DNA of 58,286 bases from NCBI GenBank assembly GCA_040830765.1, contig JBFOMH010000033.1, positions 1-58,286 on the forward strand, in the 5' to 3' direction. Both the position numbers and the translations under genes were made by a program. How positions within the stretch are numbered: the stretch's first letter is position 1; each line of letters begins with the position of its first letter. The notes beneath the pieces were generated by a model. It was not told where the DNA came from, did not search any database, and was given only the letters and a program-made list of their open reading frames with translations. The stretch comes from Puniceicoccaceae bacterium (lineage in GTDB: Bacteria; Verrucomicrobiota; Verrucomicrobiia; Opitutales; Oceanipulchritudinaceae). This document shows, piece after piece, positions 9,701 through 16,339 of the stretch.

Positions 9701-11541
9701 CTCCCTTGGACAACGGGGTGGAAGAGGTTGGCCTCTACGAGGTCACGGTCCGGGTCGAGACAGACAAGGGCACATTCGAGGATTCCTTGGAGATCTTTGT
9801 TACCAACACCAAGCCGACGGTCACGATATCGGGTGCCAGTTCTGTTAGCGAAGGCGACGACTATGTCCTGACGATCGATATCTCCGACGATCCCGGCGAC
9901 ACGGTGGACTATTATTACATCGACTGGGGTGATGGCGAATGGGAGGAAATTTTCGCGGAGGACTTGGGCGGCTTGGGAACCTGGGGACACACCTATTTCT
10001 TCAGTGGTGAAGGATTTCAGATAACCGTCTATGCTGTGGATGAAGACGGTGAATACACCTCCAATTCCCTTTTTGTCGACGTGTTCGATGTCGAGCCCAC
10101 CATCAGCCTGTTCGGGCCCGATGGACCCTATGAGGAAGGCGATGTCTTCGAGTTGTTAATCGATATTGACGACCCGGGAGACGAGTTCATCAACAGCATC
10201 TCCATCGACTGGGGAGACGGAACCGTGGATGACTATACCTGGTGGGATTTCCCACTGAATAATGTGGTCACCCACATCTACCCGGACGGCGGCAACAGCT
10301 ACCAGATTTCGGTCACCTTGACGGATGACGACGGGACCTGGGACGCGACCCCATCGGATGTGGATGTGGTGGAAGTCGATCCGGTCATCACCCTAGTCAA
10401 GCCGGACTTTGTTACTCCTGGCGATGCCTTCGGCATTCTCCTGACCCTGACTGACCCGGGTGAGGACAACATGACCGCCTGGCAGATCAACTGGGGTGAC
10501 GGGACGGTGGATACCGTTGAAGGACCCTTCACAATGATTGATGGAGTAGTCCGCAGCGATGCCTCCCATCAATACAGCGAAGCCGGTAACTTCATTGTCA
10601 CGATATCGGTGACGACAGCGGATGGTGTCTTCGTGGCCCCGGCTGGGGTTGCGCGAGTTATCGCACTGAGCGGATCCCCGGATGCGGCAGAGGGCGATTC
10701 CTATTCGCTCGGCGTTGACCTGGATGCTCCGGGTCCCGGCGCCTTCAGTGAAGTGATCATCGACTGGGGTGACGGAAGCAGCGACACATTCGCTGCAGAA
10801 GCGTTCCCTGTGAATGGGGTCTTCACCCATGCCTTCCCTGATGGACCGGACGCCCATGCCATCCGGGTGGCCTTTGTGAATGGGAACGGGACCTGGGTCT
10901 TGAGGGGCCCGGATGTAACCATCAGCGACAAGGCCCCAACGCTATCGGCGACCGGAGATACCTATGCTGGAGCGGGTAAGCCCTACTTGCTGGAGATTGA
11001 AAGCACTGATCCCGGCAACGATCCATTTGTTACCGTTACGGTTGATTGGGGAGACGGGAGCGAAAGCGTCTACGATCAGGGAACTTTCCCTGAAGGGGGC
11101 ATTGTCAGCCATGTTTATGCGAACGGATTTACGCTCCATGCCATCACCGTGACCCTGACCAATGCAGACGGCAGCTGGGATGTCGATGGTCCGGAGGTCA
11201 GTGTGCTGGCGGCCAGCCACCAGCCACAGGAACTTGTCCAGGAACTGGGCCCGGCACCGCCGCGGTACTTCGGCTCCGTTGGCACAGCCTCGGACAACGA
11301 GGCATCGGGTAACACGACATCGTCTGAGATCCAGGAAGCGGAGCTGCCCCTGACAGACGTGGCGGAGCTTACCTCGCCGACTTACGACAGCTTCGGGGAT
11401 GACTATTTGACCACGCCTACTACTTCCTCCCTTTCCCTGACCTATGAAGTCTGGGAGTCGGAAAATTCCATTCTTGATGAGGAGGACGATTCCCTGTTCA
11501 CTATGAGTCTACTTTACCCGGACCTTCATTCAGATTTATAG
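1..11541 (+). CDS. Giant surface protein/adhesin, 5'-truncated: ELWxxDGT repeats, FG-GAP repeats, carbohydrate-binding-like modules, RTX-like Ca-binding nonapeptides, LRRs, NHL/Vgb-like propeller, golvesin-like domain, SdrD B-like domain, PKD-like domains
   Basis: Frame is open from base 1 (TDGGEPELVKD...), so the true start lies outside the window. Motifs: ELWRTDG/ELWRTNG in three blocks, GDINGDGxDD repeats, LFGGDGDDVLEG, LxxLxLxxNxI, IIDNGDSGY...NISADAVRI, IYNDADRDGQKDANEPGL, IDWGDG repeats. Confidence 0.9.
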   Translation, partial: TDGGEPELVKDINPGSASSTPLDLTVFGEWLYFDALVGSNRELWRTDGGEPELVKDINLGSAAVFGDWLYFSPDDGANDRELWRTDGGEPEFVKDLNLGAAAVYGKWLYFNAADGVNGRELWRTDGGEPELVKDISSGSSSSDPLRFTVVGDWLYFRAWDRVNGGELWRTDGGEPELVKDINPGLASSNPFGLTDFGEWLYFSATDGINGIELWRTDGGEPELVKDINPGSASSIPRELTVFGEWLYFDADDDVNGIELRRLSLENVAIVKPVTNTDDVPIENGSIVQEVTTIPGETYVVQIDVPITYSFWKLAHTTDFDAGAPDPYQEVLTIIDWNDESGGTYVGTFEAEAETTNLLLMVLPDPVGTTLFDNVIVALPEEEGLLNADFGIVNGQSNQASVTEMGYYSLRTDNDILSASSNPSPEFGTVALNPYPYAIPRPMASPVQYKEIALDGSDGMAIDGSDVRPLSGETLEAGLHQSMPLGDINGDGFDDFLFFDTKTGYITLGPLLSDSLNMVRDKADIIVDFESLGRPAERMGDINGDGLDDLVFVSKGPFNAGLITIVLGKAAEWARELSEASTDHQMLRIINSGIPEDIEVQSLNFDGDEFDDILISYKSIPSGLQNGDFDQNSSGWRTGGYSASYSAGGGLVLATNPFIPQGYFYQYIPTVPGRTYTVAGTVSNPDDPSAATTNADWVVEFGNDVITGNNTGEFTSTIIASGTLTLLRLSISENTDISLPAPAALFDNLSMTRNAGIVFAGNELATAGTLNGLENEHILFNIKDDEPNRDANLTASNIGDVNGDGTDDILILDSQYLIGSDWFNKAGTSFDTANFGRAYLIPGQGGVSSGSSISLSDESIAIWQDFGLGDRAVPLGDINRDGYDDFALKRLLDNPSAAGGESYFGSLFVIYGAPDLKGVSQETNDWTVAFSGENRADGIIITRSPQIGFEDGFYYHGPLEISSGDFNGDGIIDLVIGEPVREISTSNDVEPLFEESDLRGRIHILFLDETYAHGVHLVSLDEADLVFEGGQPGDMFGTLPTAPVGDINNDGLDDVFVGASGYDVVGEEVILDAGAIYLASGARGEWQSGPPQSETLSNLSVTGSGNFLVETDDPFSGVLPVGDADIWYRFVTLGDGRGDDFISLTPANEPERSIDLEGISQDFENNGVRAEYFQFDLSPLLRYLDQPERLTEVRLTLAVENLFGTNFTLEIGLIDEEGDGTLSEEPDTMGSLLEFVPNPSSGLLEIELGTGWLLDALQVGNTRVTLRITNNYNVFAVDTIGGELAAKLVVDVAPQPGVVADLYTSEGGLVDSGKSRISMADLPAGEYFLRVYRAEQKVIPGGINPGALPSNPSAMVELDGWLYFTATDSQSGREIWRTNGDTTRLVFDINRVSGPSVIESTELVPFEGWIYFQANDGVSGNELWRTNGSTTERVEDIRQGPNSSSPYDFTPITVISPFTGEEKSWLYFVAYDTVSGSELWRTDGETTELAEDIISGPSSSSPYLLTRFNDGSKDWLYFTAYSGFLGYELFQTDGNNRTLYNLNSGSGDSFPSLYTVLNDGTKDWLYFRARDATLGYQLWRTDGQSSPVPVTNLNAANGGMSPTDLTVFDDGAQTWLYFKGTGSIDIGTQLWRTNGTDLELVTDPSSGNAISDLDSNPSFMTPFDGYLYFRANNGQFNQLYRTDGRTVELFDEINPAGSSDPREFKAFDGWLYFSATNDEVGEEVWRTNGTVTELITPIGRVGGINPGDGDSSNGEKRDFAVSGEWLYFAADDGTNGKELWRTNGTTTELISIATDPAALIPVEEAVSLEISLVTPKRGEVPPTRLDRDNLFGGDGDDVLEGDENLDALFGDSGQDIFVGEAVESRDIANNEREGREILVQPASGEVSSDSRIRSIDPIVDIPDRNLRGAIADSLGRPVTTGWDGLPLSKLPIRASDLLGLQHLDVSGFGLVDASLQVEDLTGLELVTGLETLALDLNSIRDISPLRTLTGLRALSLDQNLLTSLDDLAQLTNLEFLSLDDNGVFANKRYVGGLTNGVDGSTIGPDGRLYVVDESLYQVLVYDDAQGQFVEFVSLPSSFFEGLVSGPYFSPPAFDQDGNLHVIGRLGLEIASIVLRFDGQTGQPLPGPNEDSDSPVLLRVPYYAWDLAFDTDGDLYLSDRYNPRVLKYSVLSGEEMETFTLDDVPGIIGFKGIAFGPDGHLYAAQDSTLIDSLPVIVRFPGTGLSLPSGEDAEIYLELFEQNQFSVDIAFDPEGRLYILDAWNDSIFRVADPDATELHLEQFLKGYDFLPFPDYFDISADGRLYIPDGSAIAQLSLFEGTLDSLRGISGLNTLSARGNGIVDVSTVAHLSNLEVLNLRNNAIREIDVLASQFIIDNGDSGYSEGGDYWRGGLNPNAYDEDYRVVPGDAFTTGQTAAWVFDNLPQGTYRVMVTWPGHDSRSYEATYVLESGNSVLGEHVINQQYDPASFTESDGRPWEILGTVVVESGILTVRLENTGSGNISADAVRIQSVTRLNPNLKSVNLLENPLNNAAQFLVEDIVAPELLREVNGAAPEITLDTLFSPSTFFNPEDAALFFEGSLLYLLPLSNSASLNSLSFNTSALFDLDGDALTVKAESSRPDVLVSVEQNRLIEIWARSDLDGRATITLTVYDREFAGRTGKVSFDVVFGEDRGYDRIYNDADRDGQKDANEPGLEGLIVFLDENRNGVFDPAEDQATVTDFNGAYSFPGLMPGDNDVVALLDRDNLVVVDRESSSSDGLLRAGIFEKINSLFDVSGLTALNGWIYFSALDGVVGEELWRTNGDRTELVEDIRPGFDDSSPRQLTVLGNWLYFSANNGVNGFELWRTNGEITELVRDVNVGTGSSAPGGFAALGGWLYFTANDGFTGYELWRTNGETTELVRDINLGTGNSNPTEFTAFEGWLYFQADDGIAGDEVWRTNGDTTELVRDIRQGSGASGPSKFTVFGNWLYFTAFDGVTGLELWRTNGDSTELVRDIRIGVGGSDPRDLTVFGDWMYFSARDGNIGSELWRTNGNITELVEDINPGFNGSLPNDFTPVGDWLYFDASDGVTGFELWRTNGNITELVSDIRQGIASSSLYGKTAFDDRVFFVAYDDIAGFELWRSDGTSKGTVRVTDLNPGSFSSSIFNLFPLDGRLYFSAFDGLYNHATHFQSGVVVSATESGSPLNGPVPEGTEISLSAFLPSVPNILSINWSVTSPGQSEPLAFDLFGENSLFATFTPLDNGVEEVGLYEVTVRVETDKGTFEDSLEIFVTNTKPTVTISGASSVSEGDDYVLTIDISDDPGDTVDYYYIDWGDGEWEEIFAEDLGGLGTWGHTYFFSGEGFQITVYAVDEDGEYTSNSLFVDVFDVEPTISLFGPDGPYEEGDVFELLIDIDDPGDEFINSISIDWGDGTVDDYTWWDFPLNNVVTHIYPDGGNSYQISVTLTDDDGTWDATPSDVDVVEVDPVITLVKPDFVTPGDAFGILLTLTDPGEDNMTAWQINWGDGTVDTVEGPFTMIDGVVRSDASHQYSEAGNFIVTISVTTADGVFVAPAGVARVIALSGSPDAAEGDSYSLGVDLDAPGPGAFSEVIIDWGDGSSDTFAAEAFPVNGVFTHAFPDGPDAHAIRVAFVNGNGTWVLRGPDVTISDKAPTLSATGDTYAGAGKPYLLEIESTDPGNDPFVTVTVDWGDGSESVYDQGTFPEGGIVSHVYANGFTLHAITVTLTNADGSWDVDGPEVSVLAASHQPQELVQELGPAPPRYFGSVGTASDNEASGNTTSSEIQEAELPLTDVAELTSPTYDSFGDDYLTTPTTSSLSLTYEVWESENSILDEEDDSLFTMSLLYPDLHSDL
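8308..9470 (+). repeat. Intragenic tandem ELWxxDGT repeat block 3 (eight 138-bp units)
   Basis: E(L/V)WR codons at 8377, 8515, 8653, 8791, 8929, 9067, 9205 and 9343, an exact 138-bp period. Confidence 0.9.
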
Positions 11542-11554
11542 CTGTTGGCCATTG

Positions 11555-13873
11555 ATGAAAGGTAGATTTCCAGTTTGTTCTCTCCTCCTCGCCACAAGTC
11601 TTGGTTACTTTGGCGCAGGCATGGCTCAAGCTGAAGGCACCATCGATGTGGGTTCCCTGAGCGTGGACAATTCCAATCGCGAGGAGGTCCGGGCATTCTT
11701 CAATAGCCTCTACTGGGAGTCGGAAATCGCGCCAATCGCATGGACCGGTAGTTACAGCCCCTTTCCCCAAGCCGGCAGCGAGGAGGCCGAGGTGCCCCTT
11801 CTGGCGGGAGATACTTCCGAGGCCTTCAAGGAGGCGACCCTGTTGCGCATCAACTTTCACCGGGCGATGGCCGGGATTCCCGCCGATGTGGTACTACAGG
11901 ATAACCTGAACCAGATTGCCCAGTTGACGGCCTTGATCATGAGCGGAAATGATGAAATCAGTCACTTCCCTGTGCCGGATCCACCCAACGGGATACCGCC
12001 TTTCACCAATTATATCACAGCAACTGGTGTGCAGGGGGCCGCTGATTCCCTCCTAGCCATTGGATCCTACGGGGCTGGGGCCATTGATAGCCTGATGGAA
12101 GACAAGGGTGCTTGGAATTACTCCGTCGGCCACCGCCGCTGGTTGCTCTATCCACCGATGGTGGAGATGGGAACGGGGGACACCCCTTCCGCAGCTGCAC
12201 CTGAAATCCCCCAAATCGCTCTGGATAAGATCATGGCCAGGCGGGGAGGGACGACTACTTTCGTGAGGCGGGCCAGCGCGATCCACATTTTCTCCGAAGC
12301 GAACTTCGGTCCCCATCCCGTCACAGATTATCCCTTCGTGGCTTTTCCGCAGCAAGGCTATGTGCCCTACCAACTGGTCCATCCGCGCTGGTCCTTTTCC
12401 ATCCCGGGGGCCAATTTTGCCAGTGCGACCGTCAGCATGACCCGGAATGGCGCGCCTGTTGATGTCGCACTCGAAGTTCTGGATCCTGATCCCGGCAACC
12501 CTTCGGCAGGAGCCTTGGGCGATGCAACGCTGGTCTGGATCTATGATGGGCTCGATCCCAACCAGCCCCATATGCATGCTAAGCCGGATTCTGATGTCAG
12601 CTACGAGGTAACCGTCAGCGGGATTCAAAACGCGCCCCAGTCCAGTTACAGCTACTCGGTGGTGGTCTTTGACCCGGAAGTCCCCACCGGGGGCGAGCAA
12701 ACCGTCACTACTATCGATGGGCCCGCCGAAGCGGAAATCGGCACGCCCACCACATTCACCGTAAACCTTCCCGACTTTGCCATAGCTCCCGGCAACACCA
12801 ATGTCACCGGCATCCGGTATCGCTCCTTCTCAACCACCACCGGGGACTTTCTCGAGGGGGCGGAGAATGGACCCGGAACCCTTATCACGCGGACCTCCGG
12901 CGGGTATCCGGTCATTGATTCCAGCTTTGCCAGCAGCGGCTCCAACGCCTTCCATCTAGTCACCAGCGAAATCGGGACCAGCCAGACCCTTCGCTTCCCG
13001 AAGGCTTACCTGCTCGGGGAAAGCAGCTTGCTTACCTTCCAGAGCATGGTCCGGTCAGCCACCACCACCCAGGTGGCCAAGGTCAATATTTCCCTCGATG
13101 GTGGAGTTTCCTGGATTAACCTCTTTTCGCAACCCGGGCTTACTCCACAGGGGGAATTTGGCGGACCGGATGAAAGTGCCTTTACCCTCAAGTCGCTAGA
13201 CCTTTCCCCCTACGCCGGCCGGACCGTCCACCTCCAGTTTGAGTACGCCCATACGGGAGGCTTTGCCTTCACCCAGACTGATAGCTCCGGTGGCTGGTTC
13301 TTTGATGACATTGCCCTCTCCGGGGTGCAGCGGCTCGATTCCATTTCCACTTCCGATGTCCTGACGGGAGCCGGATCCTTTGACTTCACGCCCGATGACC
13401 TGGGTGACATCCAACTCCAGGCTCAGGGCATTTTCCATGATCAGTATGGCATGGAGTGGGGGACCGTTTTCACCCTGACCGGTATTGAACCCACCGGCGG
13501 AGATACCTGGGCCGGTTATGAGATTATTGATGAGATCTACGTGGACTCCTTCATGGGATTCCTGGAAATTTCCGCCGATCCCCAAATCTACAGCTTCTCC
13601 CTCAACAAGTATATCTACATGCCCGAGAACTTTGTCAGTCAATCGGGTGCCTGGGCCTACATTCCCATCGAAAATCCCCCTCCAGGCGGCGAGAATACCT
13701 GGGCCGGCTATCCCTTCTGGGATGATCAGGCTAATGTCAATACGGGTACTTTCTTTGGATTCCTCAATGTTGAATTTGCACCTTGGGCTTACAGCTACAC
13801 GCTCGGCAAGTGGATTTACGTACCTGAAGAATTTGTCAGCCAGTCGGGTGCCTGGGTTTATATTCTCTCCTGA
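11555..13873 (+). CDS. Secreted CAP (SCP-like) domain protein with a jelly-roll domain and a duplicated aromatic C-terminal module
   Basis: Signal peptide ending AQA. CAP motifs INFHRAMAGIP, ISHFP, VGHRRWLL. GGWFFDDI jelly-roll end. Two TWAGY...GAWxYI modules. Confidence 0.8.
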   Translation: MKGRFPVCSLLLATSLGYFGAGMAQAEGTIDVGSLSVDNSNREEVRAFFNSLYWESEIAPIAWTGSYSPFPQAGSEEAEVPLLAGDTSEAFKEATLLRINFHRAMAGIPADVVLQDNLNQIAQLTALIMSGNDEISHFPVPDPPNGIPPFTNYITATGVQGAADSLLAIGSYGAGAIDSLMEDKGAWNYSVGHRRWLLYPPMVEMGTGDTPSAAAPEIPQIALDKIMARRGGTTTFVRRASAIHIFSEANFGPHPVTDYPFVAFPQQGYVPYQLVHPRWSFSIPGANFASATVSMTRNGAPVDVALEVLDPDPGNPSAGALGDATLVWIYDGLDPNQPHMHAKPDSDVSYEVTVSGIQNAPQSSYSYSVVVFDPEVPTGGEQTVTTIDGPAEAEIGTPTTFTVNLPDFAIAPGNTNVTGIRYRSFSTTTGDFLEGAENGPGTLITRTSGGYPVIDSSFASSGSNAFHLVTSEIGTSQTLRFPKAYLLGESSLLTFQSMVRSATTTQVAKVNISLDGGVSWINLFSQPGLTPQGEFGGPDESAFTLKSLDLSPYAGRTVHLQFEYAHTGGFAFTQTDSSGGWFFDDIALSGVQRLDSISTSDVLTGAGSFDFTPDDLGDIQLQAQGIFHDQYGMEWGTVFTLTGIEPTGGDTWAGYEIIDEIYVDSFMGFLEISADPQIYSFSLNKYIYMPENFVSQSGAWAYIPIENPPPGGENTWAGYPFWDDQANVNTGTFFGFLNVEFAPWAYSYTLGKWIYVPEEFVSQSGAWVYILS

Positions 13874-13915
13874 CCGAGATTCGGTCCACTAGCGTATTAA
13901 ATCGCACCACTGGAC

Positions 13916-13943
13916 TTGTCAGGCGCCCCGATGCAGCTATCTT
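13916..13943 (+). promoter_or_regulatory. Candidate sigma70 promoter, probably giving a leaderless gdhA transcript
   Basis: TTGTCA-N16-TATCTT ends 7 nt before ATG 13951. No Shine-Dalgarno. Confidence 0.4.
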
Positions 13944-13950
13944 GTGGCGG

Positions 13951-15276
13951 ATGGAATTAAGCGTTACCCCCGCTACTCAGTCCGCCCGGGAAATCTTCCA
14001 TGAACTGGAAGAGATATACGACGAGCACAACCTATACTTCCGGACCATTGGTTCTGTCCTCGAGGCGGCCAATGCCCTGGATGTTCCCCATCGGCTGAAG
14101 CTCATCCTGAGCCAGCCCAAGAATGAGCTCATGGTCCACTGCCCGGTGAAGATGGATGATGGCAGCTGGAAACTGTTCAAGGGCTACCGGGTGCAGCACA
14201 ACAACGCTCTCGGGCCCTACAAGGGTGGCATCCGCTTCCACCCGGAGGTCAAGCTGGACGAGGTCAAGACCCTGGCCCTCCTGATGACCATGAAATGTGC
14301 CCTGGCGCGGATTCCCTTTGGCGGGGCCAAGGGAGCCCTGCGGATTGATCCCCGCAGCGTCAGTAAGGACGAGCTGATGCGGGTCACGCGCCGCCTCACC
14401 TCCGCCCTTGGCGACAACATCGGCCCCGACTACGACATCCCGGCCCCGGATGTCGGGACCAATGCCCAGATCATGGCCTGGATGGCCGACACCTACATGA
14501 ACTTCGTGGAGTCCTCCAGCAAGGTCATTGCCCTTGGCATTGTCACCGGGAAGCCGCTCGAGTTCGGTGGCTCGGAAGGACGGGAAAAGGCCACCGGCCA
14601 AGGACTGGTTTATGTCCTCGATGCCCTCCTGCCCGGCATGAACGTCAAGCTCAACGAGGTTTCCTGCAGCCTGCTCGGCTATGGCAATGTCGGGTCATGG
14701 ACCGGCCGACTGCTGCAGCAAAGGGGAACCACCCTGAAGGCCGTTATGGATCACACCGGGGCCATCCTCAATGAGGAGGGCATCGACGCGGAGGCACTCG
14801 CACAGCACGTTTCCGCTAGCGGTGGTGTCAGCGGGTTCCCGGAAGCCAAGGCAATCGACAGCGACACCTTTTACTCGACCCCGGTCGACCTCTTCATCCC
14901 CGCGGCCCTGGAACAAATGGTCGATCTTGAGCACGCCAAGCGTCTCCAGTGCAAGGTCCTGGTGGAAGCGGCCAACGCCCCCACCACACCCAAGGCCGAA
15001 CACTACCTTCTGGAAAAGGGGGTCGAGGTGCTTCCTGCCATCCTCTGTAACGCCGGCGGGGTCACCGTTAGCTACTTCGAATGGAAACAGAACCGGCAGT
15101 CGGAAACCTGGGACAAGGAATACGTCGATGAGTGCCTCAAGAAGACCATGACCCGGTCCGCCAACCGGGTCCTCGAAATGGCCCAGCGACTCGATTGCAA
15201 CATGCGCATGGCTTCCTACGCCGCAGCCCTTGAGTTCATCGACAAGGTCTATGAGCTGCGCGAGGTCTTTCCGTGA
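13951..15276 (+). CDS. gdhA: Glu/Leu/Phe/Val dehydrogenase (glutamate dehydrogenase)
   Basis: Motifs GYRVQHNNALGPYKGGIRFHP, PFGGAKG, DIPAPDVGT, GYGNVG, NAGGVTVSYFEW. Confidence 0.93.
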   Translation: MELSVTPATQSAREIFHELEEIYDEHNLYFRTIGSVLEAANALDVPHRLKLILSQPKNELMVHCPVKMDDGSWKLFKGYRVQHNNALGPYKGGIRFHPEVKLDEVKTLALLMTMKCALARIPFGGAKGALRIDPRSVSKDELMRVTRRLTSALGDNIGPDYDIPAPDVGTNAQIMAWMADTYMNFVESSSKVIALGIVTGKPLEFGGSEGREKATGQGLVYVLDALLPGMNVKLNEVSCSLLGYGNVGSWTGRLLQQRGTTLKAVMDHTGAILNEEGIDAEALAQHVSASGGVSGFPEAKAIDSDTFYSTPVDLFIPAALEQMVDLEHAKRLQCKVLVEAANAPTTPKAEHYLLEKGVEVLPAILCNAGGVTVSYFEWKQNRQSETWDKEYVDECLKKTMTRSANRVLEMAQRLDCNMRMASYAAALEFIDKVYELREVFP

Positions 15277-15286
15277 GGCTGGTCCT

Positions 15287-16087
15287 TCATTCCGCCTGGG
15301 CAAACCCGACAAGGGCTGAATGAGGAAAGACGTACGCGTCGTTATCCTTGAAGGCCTGGCAATTGGCAATCATCCGGTCCCTGATCTTCTGCTGCAATTC
15401 CGAGGGCAAGGAGGCGAGGTTCCCCCATGTCCAAAAACCTTCGATTACAGGATCGAGGGATTCGCATCGCCATTCAGTCGGAAGGATCTCGACCTGCAAA
15501 TCCCTTAAACCGCCTTTGCCGGTGAGGTCATTGAAGACCTCAAATTCGGTCACTCCGAACAGTGGGCCATGCGGCAATTCGCCAAGGTCTTGAAAATGGG
15601 TGAAGGCCTCAAAGAACGCACCCACTGATGTTTGTTCTTCGAGGGGGCCCCACACGGCGAAGGCAAACGTTCCTCCGCTTTTGAGAACCCTGGAGATCTC
15701 CCCAAACACCCTTACCGGATCGGGCAGGTGGTGGACGATGTAGTTGGCCACCACCGCATCAAACGTACTGTTATCAAAGCCCAGGTTTTCTGCGTCACCC
15801 ACCTTGAAGGTCAACTCGGGGTGCTTGTCGGCTGCGACGGATATCATCTTCTCCGAGAAGTCGATCCCGGTCAGGTCGGCTCCGGTCTGGCTCAAGAGAA
15901 ATGTTGAATTGCCGGGTCCACATCCGATATCCAGAACCCGGGAATCGCTATGCAGGCCCAGTCTGTCAATGATTCCCGGAAGGGTCTGGTTGGTGAGCAT
16001 GGCCCAGGTTTGCCTGTAGTTCCGGGAGCAACGGGTCCAGGTCTGATGTTCGTATTGGCGGACGGCTTCCTGGTTCTCTGCATTCAT
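15287..16087 (-). CDS. Class I SAM-dependent methyltransferase
   Basis: Motif I VLDIGCGPG, GIDFS, GDAENLGF, FDAVVA, RVLKSGG. Start placed at ATG 16087; the ORF is open to 16204. Confidence 0.85.
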   Translation of the reverse strand: MNAENQEAVRQYEHQTWTRCSRNYRQTWAMLTNQTLPGIIDRLGLHSDSRVLDIGCGPGNSTFLLSQTGADLTGIDFSEKMISVAADKHPELTFKVGDAENLGFDNSTFDAVVANYIVHHLPDPVRVFGEISRVLKSGGTFAFAVWGPLEEQTSVGAFFEAFTHFQDLGELPHGPLFGVTEFEVFNDLTGKGGLRDLQVEILPTEWRCESLDPVIEGFWTWGNLASLPSELQQKIRDRMIANCQAFKDNDAYVFPHSALVGFAQAE

Positions 16088-16283
16088 GCAGACAGTATTC
16101 AGCAAATCGTTTCGAGGTAAACCCACTTTTTCCAAGTCTACGCCCGGTGGGTCATCGTTTTTCGCCCCCATGGGGATGGAACGACGTTCATGATGGCGTT
16201 TCACCCAGTATCGCCATCAGTTGCTGGCACCACTTTTACAAACCTGTCCCGGTTAGCATGGAACCGATCCCCGGGGCTCCGGT

Positions 16284-16311
16284 TGGCCCTTTCCCTTCCA
16301 TAATTCCGCTT
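16284..16311 (+). promoter_or_regulatory. Candidate ECF-sigma promoter upstream of the kinase-sigma operon
   Basis: TGGCCC-N12-AATTCCGCTT. The same motif and spacing recur at 19488-19515. Confidence 0.55.
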
Positions 16312-16339
16312 TATGTGATAAGCAAAGTGCTGACATCTC

